In this document: positions 61,247-64,000 of the stretch, in pieces
How positions within the stretch are numbered: position 1 is the first letter of the stretch
Layout: the number at the start of each line of letters is the position of its first letter
Assembly (NCBI GenBank): GCA_041937175.2
Contig: CP166615.1
Span: forward strand, 2,912,001-2,976,000
Origin: Limnothrix sp. BL-A-16
GTDB lineage: Bacteria > Cyanobacteriota > Cyanobacteriia > CACIAM-69d
Length of the DNA: 64,000 nucleotides
Direction of reading: 5' to 3'
Position numbers and translations under genes: made by a program
The notes under the pieces: generated by a model
Seen by the model: the letters and a program-made list of their open reading frames with translations, nothing else
What the model was told of the DNA's origin: nothing
The model's database searches: none

Positions 61247-64000
61247 ATGAGTGACCGCACCAGCCAAGCCCCTGTGTTTTCCAGCAATCCGTTGCCGGTA
61301 ATGCCGGAATCCGGGTTGCGCTACCTGACTGAGGAGCGCGATGCCTGTGGCGTGGGTTTCATTGCCCAGCGCCAGGCCCAAGCCAGTCACGACTTGGTGG
61401 AAAAAGCCCTGATTGCCTTGGGCTGCATGGAGCACCGGGGCGGTTGCAGTGCCGATCGCGACTCGGGCGATGGCGCGGGGGTGATGACGGCGATTCCCTG
61501 GACCCTGATTGAGCAGTGGGCCGCCACTGAAGGCAAGACCATCGATCGCGATCGCACAGCGGTGGGGATGTTGTTCCTGCCGTTGGATGCGGACAAGCTG
61601 GCCAAAACCAAGGCCGCCATTGACGCGACGATCGCGGAGGTTGGCTTGACCCTGTTGGGTTGGCGTGTTGTGCCCACCCGCCCCGAGGTGCTGGGCATCC
61701 AAGCCCGCGAGAACCTGCCGACGATCGAGCAGGTGATTATTGAATCCACCCTAACCGGCGATGCCCTGGAACGGCAACTCTACCAACTGCGCCGTCGGTT
61801 CGGAAATGCGGTGGTGAAGGCACTGGGTGAGGATGATACAAAAGTTACATCCCAGTCCGTAGGATTCTACGCTTGCTCCCTGTCGAACCACACGATTATT
61901 TACAAGGGAATGGTGCGATCGGAGGTCTTGGGTCGCTTCTACCAGGACTTGACCAACCCCGACTACACCAGCGCCTGGGCGGTCTATCACCGACGCTTCA
62001 GCACCAACACGATGCCCCGTTGGCCCCTGGCGCAACCGATGCGGATGTTGGGTCACAACGGCGAAATCAACACCCTGCTGGGCAACCTGAACTGGATGCT
62101 GGCCAAGCAGGCGGATTTGGCCCATGAAAATTGGACCACTGAGGAGCTGAACGCCCTGAAGCCGATCGTCAGCTACGAAAACAGCGACTCGGCCAACTTG
62201 GATAACTCGTTGGAACTGCTGGTGCGATCGGGCCGCAGCATCCTGGAAGCCGTTACCCTGCTCGTGCCGGAAGCCTACGAAAATCAGCCGGACTTGGCCG
62301 ATTACCCGGAAATCGTCGATTACTACAACTACTATCGCGGGGTGCAAGAACCCTGGGATGGCCCGGCACTGCTGGTGTTTGGCGATGGCAAGATTGTGGG
62401 CGCAACGCTCGATCGCAACGGACTGCGGCCCGCTCGCTACTGCATCACCCGCGACGACTACATCATTGTGGGTTCGGAAGCCGGGGTGGTGGACATCCCG
62501 ATCGAGAACATCCTCGAAAAGGGTCGCCTCGGCCCCGGTCAGGCGATCGCCGTGGATTTGGAAGCCGGTGAAGTTTTGAAGAACTGGGATCTGAAGCTGA
62601 AGGTCGCTCGCCAGCATCCCTACGGCGACTGGGTACGCGACCATCAACAGCAATTGACGGCCCAACCTTTCGCCACGGACAAGAGCCTAGAAGAAGCCAG
62701 CCTGCTGCAACACCAAACGGCCTTTGGCTACACCGCCGAGGATCTGGATCTGGTGATTGTGGACATGGCGGCCAACGGTAAGGAGCCGACCTACTGCATG
62801 GGCGATGACATCCCCTTGGCGGTGCTCTCGACCCGGCCGCACTTGCTCTACGACTACTTCAAGCAGCGGTTTGCCCAGGTCACGAATCCCCCGATCGATC
62901 CCCTGCGCGAAAAGCTGGTGATGTCCCTGGAAATGCACCTGGGTCGGCGCGGCAACCTGCTGACTCCGGCTCCGGAAGCGGCCCGCTTGGTCAAAATCAG
63001 CTCACCCGTGTTGAACGAAACGGAGTTGGGCAAGCTGTCCGAGTCCGGGATGCAAGTGGTTACGCTCTCGACCCTCTACAGCACCGCCGATGGCCCAGCG
63101 GGTTTGCGGGCGGCGATTACAGCTCTGCAAGAGCAGGCCGTGGCAGCGGTGCAAGGCGGCGCAGAAATCCTGATCCTGAGCGATCGCACCGATAGTCTGT
63201 CGCCGGAAACTACCTATATTCCGCCGCTGGTGGCGATCGGCTCAGTCCACCACCACCTGATCCGCCAAGGAATGCGGATGCAGGTGTCGATCGTGGCGGA
63301 CACGGCCCAATGCTGGAGTACTCACCACTTTGCCTGTGCGGTGGGCTTTGGGGCCAGTGCCGTTTGCCCCTACCTGGCGCTGGAGAGCATCCGCCATTGG
63401 TGGAACAGCGATCGTACCCAAAACCTGATGGGCAGCGGTAAGTTGCCGGCCTGCTCGATCGAGCAAGCCCAGGCTAACTACCGGGCCGCCGTGGAAGCCG
63501 GGTTGCTGAAGATCCTCTCGAAGATGGGGATCTCGCTGCTGGCCAGCTACCATGGGGCGCAAATTTTCGAGGCGATCGGGATTGGCCGCGAGCTAATCGA
63601 TCTGGCCTTTGTCGGTACGCCTTCGCGCGTTGGCGGTTTGGGTGTGGCGGAACTGGCCCAAGAGGTGATGACCTTCCATGCGGCGGCCTTCCCCGAGCTG
63701 ACGGCCAAAAAGCTGGAAAACATGGGCTTCGTCCAGTACCGCAAGGGCGGCGAATACCACATGAACTCGCCGGAAATGGCCAAAGCCCTGCATAAGGCCG
63801 TAGATGCCTTCAAGGCCCAAACGCCCGAGGGTGAATGGATGCCCGGTGCCCAAGCCCTCAGCACCGAAGCCTACGATCACTACAGCGTCTACAAGCGCTA
63901 TTTGCAGCAGCGCACGCCCACAGCATTGCGGGACTTGCTGGACTTCGACACCAGCCGCGCGCCGATTTCCGTGGATGAGGTGGAGTCGATCGAGTCGATT
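61247..64000 (+). CDS. glsF: Ferredoxin-dependent glutamate synthase (partial, runs off the window)
   Basis: Translated by hand: EERDACGVGF, MEHRGGCSAD, HRRFSTNT, HNGEINT, FAQVTNP; absent from the ORF track, presumably because no stop falls in the window. Confidence 0.93.
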   Translation, partial: MSDRTSQAPVFSSNPLPVMPESGLRYLTEERDACGVGFIAQRQAQASHDLVEKALIALGCMEHRGGCSADRDSGDGAGVMTAIPWTLIEQWAATEGKTIDRDRTAVGMLFLPLDADKLAKTKAAIDATIAEVGLTLLGWRVVPTRPEVLGIQARENLPTIEQVIIESTLTGDALERQLYQLRRRFGNAVVKALGEDDTKVTSQSVGFYACSLSNHTIIYKGMVRSEVLGRFYQDLTNPDYTSAWAVYHRRFSTNTMPRWPLAQPMRMLGHNGEINTLLGNLNWMLAKQADLAHENWTTEELNALKPIVSYENSDSANLDNSLELLVRSGRSILEAVTLLVPEAYENQPDLADYPEIVDYYNYYRGVQEPWDGPALLVFGDGKIVGATLDRNGLRPARYCITRDDYIIVGSEAGVVDIPIENILEKGRLGPGQAIAVDLEAGEVLKNWDLKLKVARQHPYGDWVRDHQQQLTAQPFATDKSLEEASLLQHQTAFGYTAEDLDLVIVDMAANGKEPTYCMGDDIPLAVLSTRPHLLYDYFKQRFAQVTNPPIDPLREKLVMSLEMHLGRRGNLLTPAPEAARLVKISSPVLNETELGKLSESGMQVVTLSTLYSTADGPAGLRAAITALQEQAVAAVQGGAEILILSDRTDSLSPETTYIPPLVAIGSVHHHLIRQGMRMQVSIVADTAQCWSTHHFACAVGFGASAVCPYLALESIRHWWNSDRTQNLMGSGKLPACSIEQAQANYRAAVEAGLLKILSKMGISLLASYHGAQIFEAIGIGRELIDLAFVGTPSRVGGLGVAELAQEVMTFHAAAFPELTAKKLENMGFVQYRKGGEYHMNSPEMAKALHKAVDAFKAQTPEGEWMPGAQALSTEAYDHYSVYKRYLQQRTPTALRDLLDFDTSRAPISVDEVESIESI

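Noticed and set aside
1..64000. GCGATCGC over-representation as a novel repeat
   Set aside because: This is the well-known cyanobacterial HIP1

Overview
Chromosomal window from a cyanobacterium. HIP1 (GCGATCGC) is very abundant, and apcF, cmpABCD, ccmK3, Yfr1, pirA and NtcA boxes are present; the style suggests a Limnothrix-like filamentous strain, which is inference only. Most of the window is housekeeping and nutrient genes: a Ctp protease, GH3, glnA-apcF, tRNA-Cys, a Zur-boxed COG0523 GTPase, aguA/aguB, murD, mltA, cmpABCD, a guaB-family gene with Yfr1, kdpAB(F/G)C with its two-component system, ccmK3 and the 5' part of glsF. Accessory pieces are interspersed: two MmeI-family RM fusion genes, two TA modules, a 130-bp MITE family with 3-bp target duplications and a central 20-bp palindrome, and an IS608-like left-end remnant. 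The strongest unannotated signal is a shared 21-bp TetR-type operator upstream of both a Coq4-like gene (itself bracketed by a 60-bp direct repeat) and an MFS exporter 4.5 kb away, implying an undescribed TetR/Coq4-like/MFS regulon. mltA appears frameshifted in a G6 run. No CRISPR array, prophage or intact IS was seen. All product calls come from motif recognition, not database searches.
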